This document shows positions 47,836 to 61,200 of a stretch of DNA of 64,000 nt, piece by piece. The notes below the pieces were generated by a model. That model did not search any database, was not told where the DNA came from, and worked only from the letters and a program-made list of their open reading frames with translations. The stretch comes from Cirrosporium novae-zelandiae (taxonomy: Eukaryota): assembly GCA_026023565.1 (NCBI GenBank), contig JAPETS010000018.1, positions 372,001 through 436,000 on the forward strand, given 5' to 3'. Position 1 is the first letter of the stretch. The number at the start of each line of letters is the position of its first letter. Position numbers and translations under genes: made by a program.

Positions 47836-50209
47836 TATGGATCGGTAGGTGCTTTGAAGCACTTTGGTAGACGTAAATAATTTAATTAGTGGGGGATTGT
47901 CTTCTTGCTGATGGGGCTTGGTAATCTTGAAATATTTGTCTAATCAATTTCTGCCTCAGGTATGCATCTACCACGTCAGTTCAATCCATGCACAATTCTA
48001 TTGGTCTTTCTAATTTTCACCTATGCCAACTCACAAATATATTATATCCTATATAAATTATAATCTAACAATCATACCTGTTAAACTGAAGTACTGTGTA
48101 TTACTATCTTGGATTGACCGAATGAAACGACATGAGGGTTCCCTTATAGTTGGGTAAAACTATGCGGTGAATGTATAACAGCTTTCTGGTTCATTGTTGG
48201 GATCCCCCAAAGAACCTACTAATATATCCATGCCCTTTGGTGCTTGATATCAGACGAAAAACCAGTCAAAAAGGCTTGTGCGTATGGCCATGTGTATGAA
48301 CAAGATCCTAGAATAATAGCGATACCAGAGAAATTTGAGGAGAAGCCAGTCCAGATTCCTGATTGATGCCTAGAATCCAGGGGGTAGACGAAAGTCTAAA
48401 CGAAGCGTACGTACAAGAAGAAATGAGATAGAGGTTGGCAAGGCGGCACCTCCACACCCTACTCTTCAAAAGTAGGAGACAAAGCAACCTCTCGGCTTGT
48501 CGGCGGCATCAAAGAACAATAAACATGATTTGGCACAACGTCCAATCTCAGGATCATAGTAGATTAAGGTGAAGGTACTATTACTTCAATAAGCACCCAA
48601 GACTGCTTGCCTACCCTGGCCCCAGTTGTTGCCTAGTTTTCCATATAGCTTGCACCAAAATTTCGCGTCAATCTCTGGCTTAGCTGAACGACTTTGCTCC
48701 ATTGGGCCCAGTAATGAGCCTATAGGCTCCCTCCCTTGTGTACAGTCAATGACTCACCCCATTAACTATCCAGTGGTATTTCAAAGTTAGCCATAAGAAG
48801 ACTTGCCTATAACTTGAAAAGCTGTCGGGGCGGTGAATCTAGATGGTGGCCATCGGTGGCGATGTGAATATTTCACGATGAGTTCATGTCATTCAGCTTT
48901 GCCACCGCCTCCAGATAATATGGGATATCAGATAAATTCAGTAAAGCTAAAACTAGAAAATGATTCCTGTTAGAAATTTAGAGTGGATCTCTCAAGGTTC
49001 ATGGTTATATTATCCTCGCTACTTTATAATAAAAAGGTTGCCCCTGGGGGCCTGGTCAGACATATTCGCCTCTCGCAAAGTTGGATGACTGGCTACCGTT
49101 ATAGGAAAAATCTTTGTTCGAGAAAGTGAGTAGAGTATGGTAATCCTTGGGTCGTTTTAACCCTGTAGTAACGATTTTATAGTCCTTTTGTAATTCCTAA
49201 TGCATCGTCATAGGTGAATGTTTATCTGTCTTGCGAGCAATTTGTCCATAGTTCCAAGGCAAATATAATACGAAAATGGCGAAGATGTATGGGATTGAAA
49301 AGCCTTGTAAACTCAGGTAGCGGTCGGTTGCCTGGACTTATATATAGTCAGTGGATAGGTATCCATTTAATAATAGATCATAAAAAACTAACTCATTGGT
49401 AAGGGATCGATTGACGCCACACCACCCATCGAGGTACCTCTATCTTAGTAAGTGCATCATATGCTCAAATGCTCTTTGTCAGATTGATTGCTGGCGTTGG
49501 AGCCAATCAGATCTTAAGTTCAAGTTACTGTAACCTTCAACGAAGATCTTGGGGAAATATTTCCATATTATTGTCATTAACCATTTCTCCATGAACTGAA
49601 TCTGTGAGACACCGATGGCAACTTATGTTGAGTCGTTGATCATTCTGGGAGCTGTGGTAATGGTGGTAATGGTGGAAATGGCTTGTGCATCTCGATCACT
49701 AAATAAGCCATAGTTGAAGTTTTCTGAATCAGGCGCCCGTAGTAATCCTAAGCCTGTCATCATTTTGCTTTGAAATGGTTGAAATAACTGAAATGGCGTT
49801 TTTGAGTCACTTATAGACACTGCGCTTTGACTTGACTGTTTAAATAATCTAACCTTCGGCCCCCAACATATTTTCTTTGCCTCGAGGCTCTGCTCTATTG
49901 CCGTGTGTGGCTGCGACTGCCTTCCTTTATAAAACCATACTTGTTTCTCTTTTTTTCATTAATCTTCTCTAGGCCATAATCCGTAAGCCTACCACTCTGT
50001 CTCTCCTTCTATCTGTATAGGCAATTGCGGCTGTTGTTAGATGGGGGCACCTTACTGGCAATTGTTTGCTTGGACTATTTGAAAAGTGAAGGGAGGAGGC
50101 ATAACATGCCTTTGACGTAAATACGTATTATTCAATTTCAACATCCTCGCTGGTGTCCTTCTCAGATACATATTCATCAGGAAGGTTTCAACGAGAAACC
50201 GTCTTCGCC

Positions 50210-53200
50210 ATGGCCATGAATACTATCCTATTCGTCGGCTTGCAATATTACGGCCCTCTCTTCACCCTTCTCTATTTCTTTGCTGCCATCACTGTCGGCA
50301 CTTGCGCTTTCGCGTCTGACAATGACAAAAAACCAAAGCAGAGAGTTTTGAAAGCATTGGTCTTGTTCCTCATGAGCATTGTTCTTCTTGAGCATGTAAG
50401 TTTCGAGATATCTACCATATGGCTGCCTCTAACCGAAATTATTCAGTTGGCGGAAGCAATCTTACTATTAGCATCGGGCGAAAATCAACAAAACTGGATC
50501 TTCTATACACTTTGTTCGGCTCTTCTGTGGCTCGTTCTGATTCTGGCCCTCACCGATGCAAAAAGTTCCACTTGGTATCCGTTCGTCGGCTCTTGGGTGA
50601 TTTCAATCATTGTTGAAAGTACCTTGATCGGACAACTCTACACCCAATATCCTCCTAAAGCTTCTCGAACTGCTCTTGTCATCCTCCGTTCTACAAGAAT
50701 AGCTGTCCTCTTGGTGGCGACTATACTTTACTTCACTTTTCCCAGTGCAAAAGAAGCACTAGACGCAGAACACGAGCCATTACTGGGATCTGCACGGACA
50801 TATGGATCCACAAATGGAAATTCTAATGGGAATTCCAATGGAGACGCGGCCAACGGAAATACAGAAGATGACTCTGAAGATGAGGAATATGGCTATTTTG
50901 TACGCCGTGATAAGAAGCGTAAAGCCTTTAATGAACGGTTGAAAAATAACAAAGGCAACTGGTGGAGCTATGTCAAACGATTCTCGGTAAGATTTTTTTG
51001 AGATTTTTGCACCTCAAATTTTCTGTCTTTTATATAACCAAGACTGGTGATTGATATATTTAATAGGTGTTCGTTCCGTATATGTGGCCAACGAAAAGTA
51101 AGCTTCTACAATTGAATGTGATCGGAATTGGGCTTTGCTTGTTAGCTGGGCGAGCCTTGAACGTCCTCATTCCGAACCAGCTTGGTGCTGTTACTAATGC
51201 ATTGGTTGGCACCCATCATATTCCGTGGTTTGAAATATGTCTATATGTATTTTTCCGCTGGATCGGTTCAGGTGCCGGTATTGGAACTATCAAAGAGATA
51301 TTATGGCTGCCTATTCAACAGTATCAATATCTCTCTCTTAACACCGCTGCCCACAGCCACGTAATGAGTCTGTCTGGTGATTATCATAATAGCAAATCAT
51401 CTGCGGATACATATTATGCTATTCGGAATGGAGCGGTAGTTACAGATCTTTTGGAGACTTTTTCTTTCTCCTTATTTCCAGTGGTTGCAGATTTGGTAGT
51501 AGCATTTGCCTATCTCTACCTCCTATTCGGAGCCTACATGGGCTTGATTGTTCTCGCCGTCGGGGTATTTTACATTTGGTCTAGGTTGAAAATAAATGCT
51601 ACCGTCAGCAAAATTCGACGGGGAAATTACAAATATACACTCAGAGAGTACAGGGCTCTTACAACCTCTATATCTAGCTGGACTACAGTGGTGTATAATA
51701 ATCGATTAAGATATGAGGAAGAAAAGGTGTACAACTCCATCAACGAACATATGAAAAGCCAACGAAAATATAGATGGTTCATGTATGCAGCCAATTTCCT
51801 GGACCAAACTATTGTCATGGCTGGCCTTTGGGTGGCATGCTTTTTGGCTGCCTCTCAAGTTGTTTCAGGTGAAAAGTCTGTCGGAAATTTTGTGACTTTG
51901 CTATCTTTTTGGACCCAGCTTACTGGTCCTTTGGGTAATTTAGCCAGCACCTACAACCAGGTGACAGGATATCTCATCGATACCGAACAATTACTCCTTC
52001 TGATGCTTAGGAAACCCTCTGTCGCTGATAAACCGGGCGTGAAAGAACTGGATCTTAAATTGGCTCCTACTATCTCATTCAAAAGCGTCAAATTCTCTTA
52101 CAAGACAGAAAAAGATGATGACGAGCTTCCAGATGCTGTGACGTCTCAAGCTCCAGAGATGGAGACCAGAGATGTCTTTTTACATGATGGGCTCACATTC
52201 GATGCTCCAAGTGGAAAGACAGTTGCTCTTGTTGGTGAAACTGGGAGTGGCAAATCAACTATTACCAAGCTACTATTCCGATTTTATGATGTTGATAGCG
52301 GTTCTATCCAACTGGACCATGAAGACATTCGGGATTTCACCTTGGAAAGTATGCGTGAAACTATTGGAGTTGTGCCGCAGGATCCAGAACTGTTCAACGA
52401 AAGTATATATACCAACGTCAAATATTCCCGACTGGATGCAACAAATGAAGAGGTTCATGAGGCATGCAAGGCCGCAGCAATCCATGACAAAATCATGACA
52501 TTCCCTAAAGGTTATCGCACAAAGGTTGGCGAGCATGGAGTAAAAGTGTCTGGAGGTGAAAAGCAACGAATTGCGATTGCTAGAGCTATCCTAAAAAACC
52601 CTAAGATTATTATACTTGATGAAGCGACAAGTGCCGTGGATACCGAAACGGAGTTCAAGATCCAAGAAGCTCTAGATCAACTAACGAAAGATAGAACCAC
52701 ATTCATTGTCGCCCATCGTTTATCAACGGTTATGAAGGCCGACCTTATTCTTGTCCTCCAGAGCGGCGAAATTATCGAGAGGGGAAACCATCATAGCCTG
52801 ATCAAGAAAAGGGGGAAATACTACGATCTGTGGTCTAAACAGACTTTTATTGAACCAAAAAGTGATTCCGAAAAGGATTCAAGTGATGATGGCTCCAAAG
52901 GAAAGAAAAGGCCCAAAGGAAGTTCTTCAACCAAGAATAAGCCCTTAAAACCAGATGCACCAGAATTCGTCCCAGGGAATGCAGCAGGCGGTGACAAGCA
53001 GTCATCAAAAAAGAGTGCATCAAAAGAAGCAGTCGAGGATCATCTAGAGGCCACTACGAAAACCCAAGCTGAAGGCGATGAACAGCTACAGGTTGATAAG
53101 CCAAACTATCGTCGACCTCACTATGATTCTCGAGCACAATCAAAAAGCGAACCAAGTTTCCCCAAGAACGAATCTTCTGAAGGTGATGGCTCTGATGCAC

Positions 53201-53397
53201 CAGCAGTCTATTCTTCAACAAGTTCCTCCGGTCCAAACCAAGGACGCCGCAATAGGCATAAAAAGAATAAAGGCAGTTCCAAGGAAGATTCTTCTAGGGA
53301 GCAAATTTCTGAATCATCCTCCACTACAGCCGTGAATTCGAGTGAGGGCCATGCTGACGGTACCAGTTCTGGGGGGAGGTTTCCACCTAGTACCTAG
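50210..53397 (+). CDS. Half-size ABC transporter, HMT1/ABCB6-like
   Basis: Exons 50210-50986 and 51067-53397. Extra N-terminal TM domain, Walker A GETGSGKS, signature VSGGEKQR, Walker B IIILDEATSA, VAHRLST. Confidence 0.92.
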
Positions 53398-53876
53398 TTG
53401 AAGCTAGGGCCGTAGGAGACTGGTAAGTAGTTTAAAAGGCGCATTATTGTTGGTTTTTTTTTCGGTATTGTGATTTTATTATGGCTTGTACTGTACAACA
53501 TGATCGCTGGGAAGTTTAAAAACGTGGTGGTGGTGGTGGTGTGTTTTAATAGTATGGCACTGACATTAGGGCTTGGAACATGAGTTTGACACATAGAGCT
53601 AGAGTGTGAACGCGCAAGCAAGCATTCCCTTTACTTAGTACTCTTTTAATACCTTAGTTATGACTAAGGAAACCTCGCTGTACTATATAGCAAATAAAAA
53701 AAAGAACATAGCGCTATTAATGAAAATATTTCCCTTTGAATAATGGTAATAGTAATGGTGTTATTGATTTCGATTAGGATTGGGAATTTGGAATTATGGA
53801 GATGTGATTATAGCTGGTTGGTCATGATATTTATGAGAGAAGGGGGGGGGGTTGTAAATAGGGCATTTGGTATAGT

Positions 53877-53928
53877 ATATATATATGTGTGTATATGTAT
53901 GTATGTATGTATGTATATATGTATGTGT
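53877..53928. repeat. (TA)/(TATG)n microsatellite
   Basis: Simple repeat visible in the intergenic region. Confidence 0.85.
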
Positions 53929-54198
53929 GGCGTAGCTTTCTCCTCGTATATTTTAAATATAAATTCCCGTAGGTAGATAACTCCAACTCCAAACAACCAC
54001 TCACTCGCTTAGATATTTACATAAATAACTCAATTTAGCTTTGGCACAGATATCTAGAAGAGCCGTCGTTACCTCGCTCGCTCGCTTGTTTGTAGTCTAT
54101 TCAGTTACATTACATTCCATTACTATCATACCATAGAAGTAGCCCCAAGATCTACCTACGAAACATTAAGACAAAAAGTAAAATAAAAACAAATACTT

Positions 54199-55242
54199 TC
54201 AGCGTAAAAGATATCCCCCATCAACTGGTAACGCAATCCCGGTAATCCATCTCACATCATCACTCGCTAGGAACACAGCGGCGAGTGCTACGTCTGCGGG
54301 GTTTCCGAGGCCTTCAATACTTCCTCCTCCTTCTCCAGCCTCTTCTCCACCCACTCCTCCTTCCCCACCACTATCCCCACCGCCCCTCCACAAAACCTGC
54401 CTCCTCCTAACCTCCCCCAACGCCCCCTCATCCCTCTGCACATTCCCAGTCATAGTCGTATTCAAAAACCCGGGACAAATAGCATTACAATGGATTCCCA
54501 GGGGCGCATAATCGAGTGCGATTTGCTTCGTGAGCATTATTGCGGCACCTTTGGAGGCGCAGTAGGAGGGGGTGAAGTGGTAAGGGACGAGACCTTGGAT
54601 TGAGGATATGTTTATTATGTGGGATTTTGGTTTTGGGGAGTGGGAAGGGGGATGGGGGGAAGATGGGGGGGGAGGGGAGTTTTCTTGCTGCTGCTGCTGC
54701 TGTGCCAGCATTTGTCGTAAACCGAATTTACAGCCTAGAAAAATAGACTTCACATTCACAGCCATGGTTTTCTCGAATTCCGCCTCGTCCGTCTCATGCA
54801 GCTTTCTGGGTCCCCTAGATATGTTGTTCTCGATGCAGATGCCTGCGTTGTTAACTAGAATATCTAGTCGTCCGAACCGCTTCACGCATTGGGCGATGGC
54901 GTTTTCGACTTCGGAGGATATTGTCATGTCGGCTTTTATGAAGATTGCGTTTTGCGAGTGGCCTGCGAGGTGGTGGAGGAGGAGGGAGAGTGTGGAGTTT
55001 TGTTCCTGATTTTGTTCCTGTTGCTGATGTTGGTTTTGGATCTTTTTGAGGTCATTGGGGTGGTCTTCTGTTGTGGATGTGTTTATAGGATTGGGATTGG
55101 GATTGGGATGTTGAGGCGTAGGTTGGAGATCCACGCAGCAGATGTTGGCGCCTTCGCGGGCAAAGGCTAGAGCGATGGCGCGACCGAGGCCAGAGGATGT
55201 GCCTGTTATGAGAGCTGTTTTTGAGGCGAGACGGGATAGCAT
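54199..55242 (-). CDS. Classical short-chain dehydrogenase/reductase
   Basis: TGTSSGLG, NNAG, NISS, YCASK, CPG and VDGG motifs, with low-complexity loop insertions. Confidence 0.93.
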   Translation of the reverse strand: MLSRLASKTALITGTSSGLGRAIALAFAREGANICCVDLQPTPQHPNPNPNPINTSTTEDHPNDLKKIQNQHQQQEQNQEQNSTLSLLLHHLAGHSQNAIFIKADMTISSEVENAIAQCVKRFGRLDILVNNAGICIENNISRGPRKLHETDEAEFEKTMAVNVKSIFLGCKFGLRQMLAQQQQQQENSPPPPSSPHPPSHSPKPKSHIINISSIQGLVPYHFTPSYCASKGAAIMLTKQIALDYAPLGIHCNAICPGFLNTTMTGNVQRDEGALGEVRRRQVLWRGGGDSGGEGGVGGEEAGEGGGSIEGLGNPADVALAAVFLASDDVRWITGIALPVDGGYLLR

Positions 55243-56041
55243 GGTTTGTTATTATGAATAAGAAAGAGGTGGGGGAGGGGTTGATATCTGCAGTGGTTTC
55301 GTGGGGATATATATTTTTAGCTGTGCAAGATATAATAATAATGATAATAGACGCGTGTGTTTTTTTTCTGTTCTCATCATTGTTGCAGCGTGTTGCATAT
55401 ATATTGTATTTTGGTATGACATGACGATGATGCTGTAGATACTTACTACTTACCCCTCATTCCCCTCGTCCTTCAACGTGTATACATGCATGTATGTATG
55501 CATATTCATTATCTATAGCAGATAAACCCATCAGGCTGTACAAGGCTGTGCAAGGCTGTATTATTATTCTCAACACCAAGTTCGCTTTTTTTCCCTTTTC
55601 TCCCTTGTTCTGTTCAACAAGATCGTTGAGATGCTGTCATGGAAAACTGAAAAGGTAACAACAAGGAAATAGGAATAGTTGGAAGGAATATCGAACATAT
55701 CTCTACTTTTTTTTTCTTTTTTCTCTTCTTTTTTGATGCATCTGTTTCTGAAAATATGTGTGTGTGGGTTGGTTTTGTGTTTGCTATTATCGAGTCATTA
55801 TAATTTTGTTTATTGGACTTGGGTTTATGGCATAGTCCGGAAATAGAGGAATGGGATAATTGCTTTTTGGTTGGATTATTAGGCGTTTGAGTTCTGATGG
55901 ATGGCTTGGTTGTATTTATGTAATTGGATTATAGTATTAGCTTCATTTTGTTCATTTATTCATATCCATTTCATCCGCCGTAAAACCTCCATATTACTCC
56001 ACTTTACATTACTTTAGCTAGTTAGGAAATATCCCATCCCA

Positions 56042-57491
56042 TTACTCCCCTCTCCTACTTCCCCTCCTTCTCTTTATCAGTCCTTCTGCCGACCCCTCCC
56101 CCTCTTCTAAACTTGTTCCCAGCCCTGAATCCGTCCGCCCACCACTCCGTCCCCGAATCTCCTCGTAGCCCTCCGACTCGTCATCCGCTTCCACTCCAGG
56201 TGCACTAACCAGTGTTTCTTCACCTGCAGCGGCCTGCTCACCTAGGGGAGATTGTTGTGCGCTAGGCTCGCGTTTCGCGCCGGCTTCGGATGTGGAAGCC
56301 GATGAGTAACGGAGTGGATGTTGACGGCGGAGGGTGGGGAAGGTGCGGGGGCTATCAGAGAGGTTTTCAGTGGAGAGAGGGTCGATTTCTTGGGAGGATT
56401 CTGTTTCTTCGCCTTCGGGTTCTTGCTTGATGAATGGGGCCGCTTCTTCTTTCTTTAGTTTTTGGGATGGTGGGGTCAAGAAGTGGGCGAGGGTGAAGTA
56501 GGCGATGAAGGTCGAGGTTAGGGAGATGGTCCAGAATATGCTGGTAAAGGCTAAGAAGGAGAGGAGACGGTAGTGATACATTAAGTGCCTGTAGGGGGTT
56601 ATGTTAGTGTTGGATTTCAAGGTTGAAGTGGTACATGTAAATAATTTTCCAAAAGAAAAAACAATGGGGGAGGGTTCTCATACCTTAGCCCAGAAAATCT
56701 GGCCACCACCTTGACCATCGCACCATACACTTGCATCCTCTCTCGACTATGTAACTCCAATCTCAAGCTGTTTGGAATATTTCTCCATCCTTTGGCAAAC
56801 TCTACCCCCTCCATCATCGGCACAACTAGTATTTCAGCTTCCTTGCGCCAGCCCAGAACATACCATGGTATTTGCGCTAGCACCGTGGCGGTATCCACGA
56901 CCGTAGAGGAATAAGTTAGGATGGCAGGACGGCGGGAATGTGCTATGACGGTGGTGGAGCTATTGGCGCCGAGGACATTGGTTTTGGGAGCTAGAAGCTC
57001 GAGATCCACCATGAAGTTTCCGGTTGCGACGTTGGAGGGCGTGCGGGGCAGGTCCAGGTAGACAAAGACATCGTAGGCTTGGTAGGAAGTTAATTCGGAG
57101 CCTAGTGCTGCGATTCCATGGGGTGGGAGAGGATCTTCACTAAAGATTCAAATGCAATCAGTTATACTGGTCTACTTATAGGAGATAGGTCTCGTACTCG
57201 AATTGTAGGTAAACTACTCTTTCGACGCCGATTTGAGGTATGAAGGTATAGTAGAAAAGAGAGTACGCAATAGTGGATATCGCTAAGAGGCTAATGCTGG
57301 CCAATATGAATAGGAATGTCCCTAGGTATGCACGTTGCGCAGACTTGGAGATAAAAGGTTTGATGGGACGGAGTACTGTGGACTGGCCTTGACTGTTAGT
57401 TTTTTGGGGTATGATTGACAGGTTTTAGAAGAGTAGAATTAAATACCGTTGCACGAGAAAAGAGAGAGGAATAATCCTCTGAGGGTTCCAT
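56042..57491 (-). CDS. Seipin (lipid-droplet biogenesis; Fld1/Sei1 family)
   Basis: Exons 57491-57447, 57382-57198, 57139-56684 and 56588-56042. Two TM helices flank VYLQF...YDVFVYLDLPRTPSN..GNFMVDL...SRRPAILTYSS...FSGLRHLMY. Confidence 0.9.
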
Positions 57492-58249
57492 GATGCTTCG
57501 CGCATCCTAAGTTATAGAATAATTACTTGAATAATTAATTACCTAGGTAGATATTTAAGTAGGATTCGTTCCATTTCATCAACAATGACGTTTGACTAGT
57601 TCGCTTGCCACCTACAATTTTCACATGCTAACAGTCCATTACATACCACGGTACCCGTACCATAGTACGTGTACTGTGTATTATATATTAGAGGCATTCT
57701 ACTACAGTAGACTACAACTCTTATCTGATCACTATGGTCAAATTCAGAAAAATATGCCTTGGTAATATCTAGCTACTAAGATATCGCAGGTATGTTGCAG
57801 AAGCAATAGCATAGAATTTCATCTCGCAAAAGGATTAATATCAGAAAGAATCCCCGTATCCTACAATCCTTGCTGCTGCTGTTGTACATGAAAGTAAAGT
57901 CCCTTGTCTGTCTGCCTTTTTATTTCGTTAACCGTCATGTTCAATCACATTAGCAAGGACCGTTAAGAGACATCAATAACTCCCCATCATCATCACACCA
58001 TCCGTCCATGCAGCATCAGAGAGAAAATCAACTCCATATTAATACTTCCAGGTTCAACCTCCCTTTTGATAATTATGCCGCTCACCCTTCCCGAACCGAG
58101 GTAATAAAGCTGTATGTGAATCCCCTATCCATATACCAGAAAGAACTGAAGTCGCATCAACACCATGCAATGCTCAGGCCTGAACAGTCGCGCCAAGCTC
58201 ATCCACCCCACGAGCTATATTTCATCGTGGGCCAACATGGACTTCCTAC

Positions 58250-61200
58250 TTACCCTAGTGCTCTAGGGTTTTGATTAATATGATGGAAAAGAGCCGTAAA
58301 AAGACGCTCAATCTAAAAGGAAAAAATCAGTACCTAACCAACAGAATCAAGATGTGGTGGCACAAGAATTCAAATAAAGCAGAATGACCAAATCACTTAC
58401 TTCAGGAGCAGCTTTAATGAATGGTAACTCCCAGAAATTATAGATCGGGTTCTTGAGCAGTTCCAAAAGCGTGATTATGAGGCCCCAAGGATGGGGGCGA
58501 TGAACAATTAAACGTTCCAATAAAACCCGGGTGATTTGTGCTTGAACCTCCGAGGCAGCTTTGTTGTCTTGGTCGGCGTTGAAGAGGTGAAGAATTACAT
58601 AATTGTAGAAATGTGTATGGCTATTAGGAAATCTGAGCTGATTTGCAATAGCGCTTAGGAGGAAGTAACGGCCTTCGGGGGTGAGTTGATAAACAAGCTT
58701 CTCTAACAAAATTGCTTGTGGAGAATCACTTGTAAATGTTTGGCCTCGTTTCTCTTTGCTACCGGACACCGCGCTTTGGCAGATATAAAGAACAAGTGAG
58801 TTAAGGAACACAATGTCGACGTTGATTGGTGCGAAGAGCACTCCTGTTTCCTTGGAGGGAGGGTCGTAGATGGCGTCAGAAAGCGCTGCAATGGAATTAT
58901 CCGAGACTTGGTTACCATGAAGAATGTCATCGATCACATCCTTGGCATTGGCTCGTTGAAGAGGCGTAATGTAGTCTCCAGCTACTCTCGGGGCTGTACG
59001 AATCTCTTCTAATCGGTCAACTTTGAGACCGGAGGTAAATGGGTCAGGAAGTTCCGGAAATGACGATGGGTATGCACTGAGAACGAGATTCCTTAACTGA
59101 GTACAATGGGCCGGAATGACATTGCAGAAGCGGAAATGGTTTTCGGTAAGAAACTCTGGGAAGTCATGGTGAAGCACCAACAAAATCCTCAAAACTGCTT
59201 GATATATGTATTTAGCAACAGTCGTGATATCTGCAGGCTTCAACATTTCAGACACAAACGTGAGCATTGCCAGCACAAGCTGTGCAAACATCTCCCAACC
59301 CTAATTGGGTTAGCATAGGCCTGTAGAAAGATAATAAGTCATCTTACCTTATCATCTGACATCCTTAGGATATGTGGTGTGAACTTCCGGTGTGCTATTA
59401 GGGAAATCCAACCGAAGGTAAACCCAGGCAGGTTTTTTGGCTGAAGGAGAAGGAGGGTCTTAGCCATATCAATCAAGAACTCTCGGTGCAGGTCGGCATT
59501 GAAAGCATGAGATTCGAATAGTATAGTAGAAAACAATCGGAAGAAGATCTTTTGGTTGAATTGTTCGCCGTCAACAACATGATGATGATTCAACACAAGA
59601 GCAAGGACTGATAACATTGACTTCATATAGGCTTCTGGGCTCATCTTCACAGCGCCATTACTTGGATCATCCGGATGTCCGCCTTGATATCGAATAAGAA
59701 GAATGATCAGCCTTGCAAGTGCATCAACAGAGATAAATGCATCCTCAAGGCTACTAGTAAGTCCTATCACTCTCTCGAAGTTTTCAACGCACATATCAAT
59801 GCAAACTCGGACGAACCGGGCAGAATCTTCCGAGTTGCTGATTATTTTCTTGTGATGCAGTTCTTTAATAAAGGCCGCAGCGGTGAGTTCGACTGTGCCA
59901 GGATGATTGTATATCCCAATCCATTCTTGGAACACATAATCCATTTGGTCCTGTTTTGTTTGGCCAGGGTCATTAGGAAGGTTTCCCAGAAATTCAGGGC
60001 TTCCAGAATCTTCGAGCTTTTCGACAATGTGTAGGGCTAGTTCCTGGTTAGGGTCTGCAGCGAGTCGCTGACCAGTAGCGTCAAGACTGCTGGAAAAATT
60101 TGCTCTGAGTGCGATTGGGTTATCACTGAATATAGTCTGATCCATGAGGCCTGAGAGTAATTCAAGGCATTCATCTTTGTATTCAGTAATCCCTTTGCAC
60201 AGTGAAATATCTACGCGCGGATAGTCAATCAGACCTCTATCAAGCAAGACAACCAAAGCCGGAGCACTGAGTGTATATGTCGAATCAGAATTTAGGAGGT
60301 TCTGAAGATACACATGAACACTTCTGTTCACGGTCAGTGACATCTTGCAAAGCTCAGCCAATAGCCCTATGAATACTTCGCTCTCGAGGGTGCTCCTCAG
60401 ATGCTGAATCGTGTCGGATAGCCTAGCGGCCATAATGATAGCCACTTGTTCAGGGTTACGATATGCAACAACTAGGGTCAAGACCTGATCTAAAACTTTG
60501 TGGATTTGGCTGTCTGGAGAGAAGGCTCTAAGATGTGAGTCGGAGGATTCTTTAGAAAGTCTTGAGAGCTCAACAAGGGCGCTTTGCAATTTTTCCTCAA
60601 TCTGTATAGAATCCAATGGAACATTTGATGCTTGACTTGGTAATGCGGTGGCCTGAATCGCAGCAAGGGACGATCTTGTATCTTGAGGGACTTGCGGCGT
60701 ATGATGGGGAAGTGCGGGTGTTTCCGCAGGGGTTGTTAGAGTGGGAACAGCACCGTATGAATCGGTTAAAGCATCTGTTAGCTGACGACTACTATCCAAA
60801 GAGGAAGATTGTGTATGATTTCTTAGCGCGGGGACTGCAGGACGCCCGAAACCGTCATAAATTGCCAACTGCTCTTTGTTAAGGCCTCCTGGGTTTTGTC
60901 GATATGGCTCTGGAATGAATTGAGACCATCGACTGATCATAGGATCAATATACGGTTCATTAGGCCGAGCAGCTTTATGTCGCCTTCTCGCTTCTAATGA
61001 GTCTTCAAGGATTTTATCAATATCTGGAATTGCCTGCTCCCCTGCAGCTTGTTCTACCATTCCGCAGGCAATATCGAGGTTGTCATTGACGAACATCATA
61101 ATATAGCCTTCAGGCATGGGCTGTTCCGGATCCTGCATCATGCGGATGGAGTTGCTCATACTCGAGCGGAGGGGCTCTTTTGAAGTGACCAGAGCCAATC

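Noticed and set aside
45230..57491. Metabolic gene cluster (SurE-TTL, ABC transporter, SDR, seipin)
   Set aside because: No backbone synthase or pathway regulator; these look like independent housekeeping genes.
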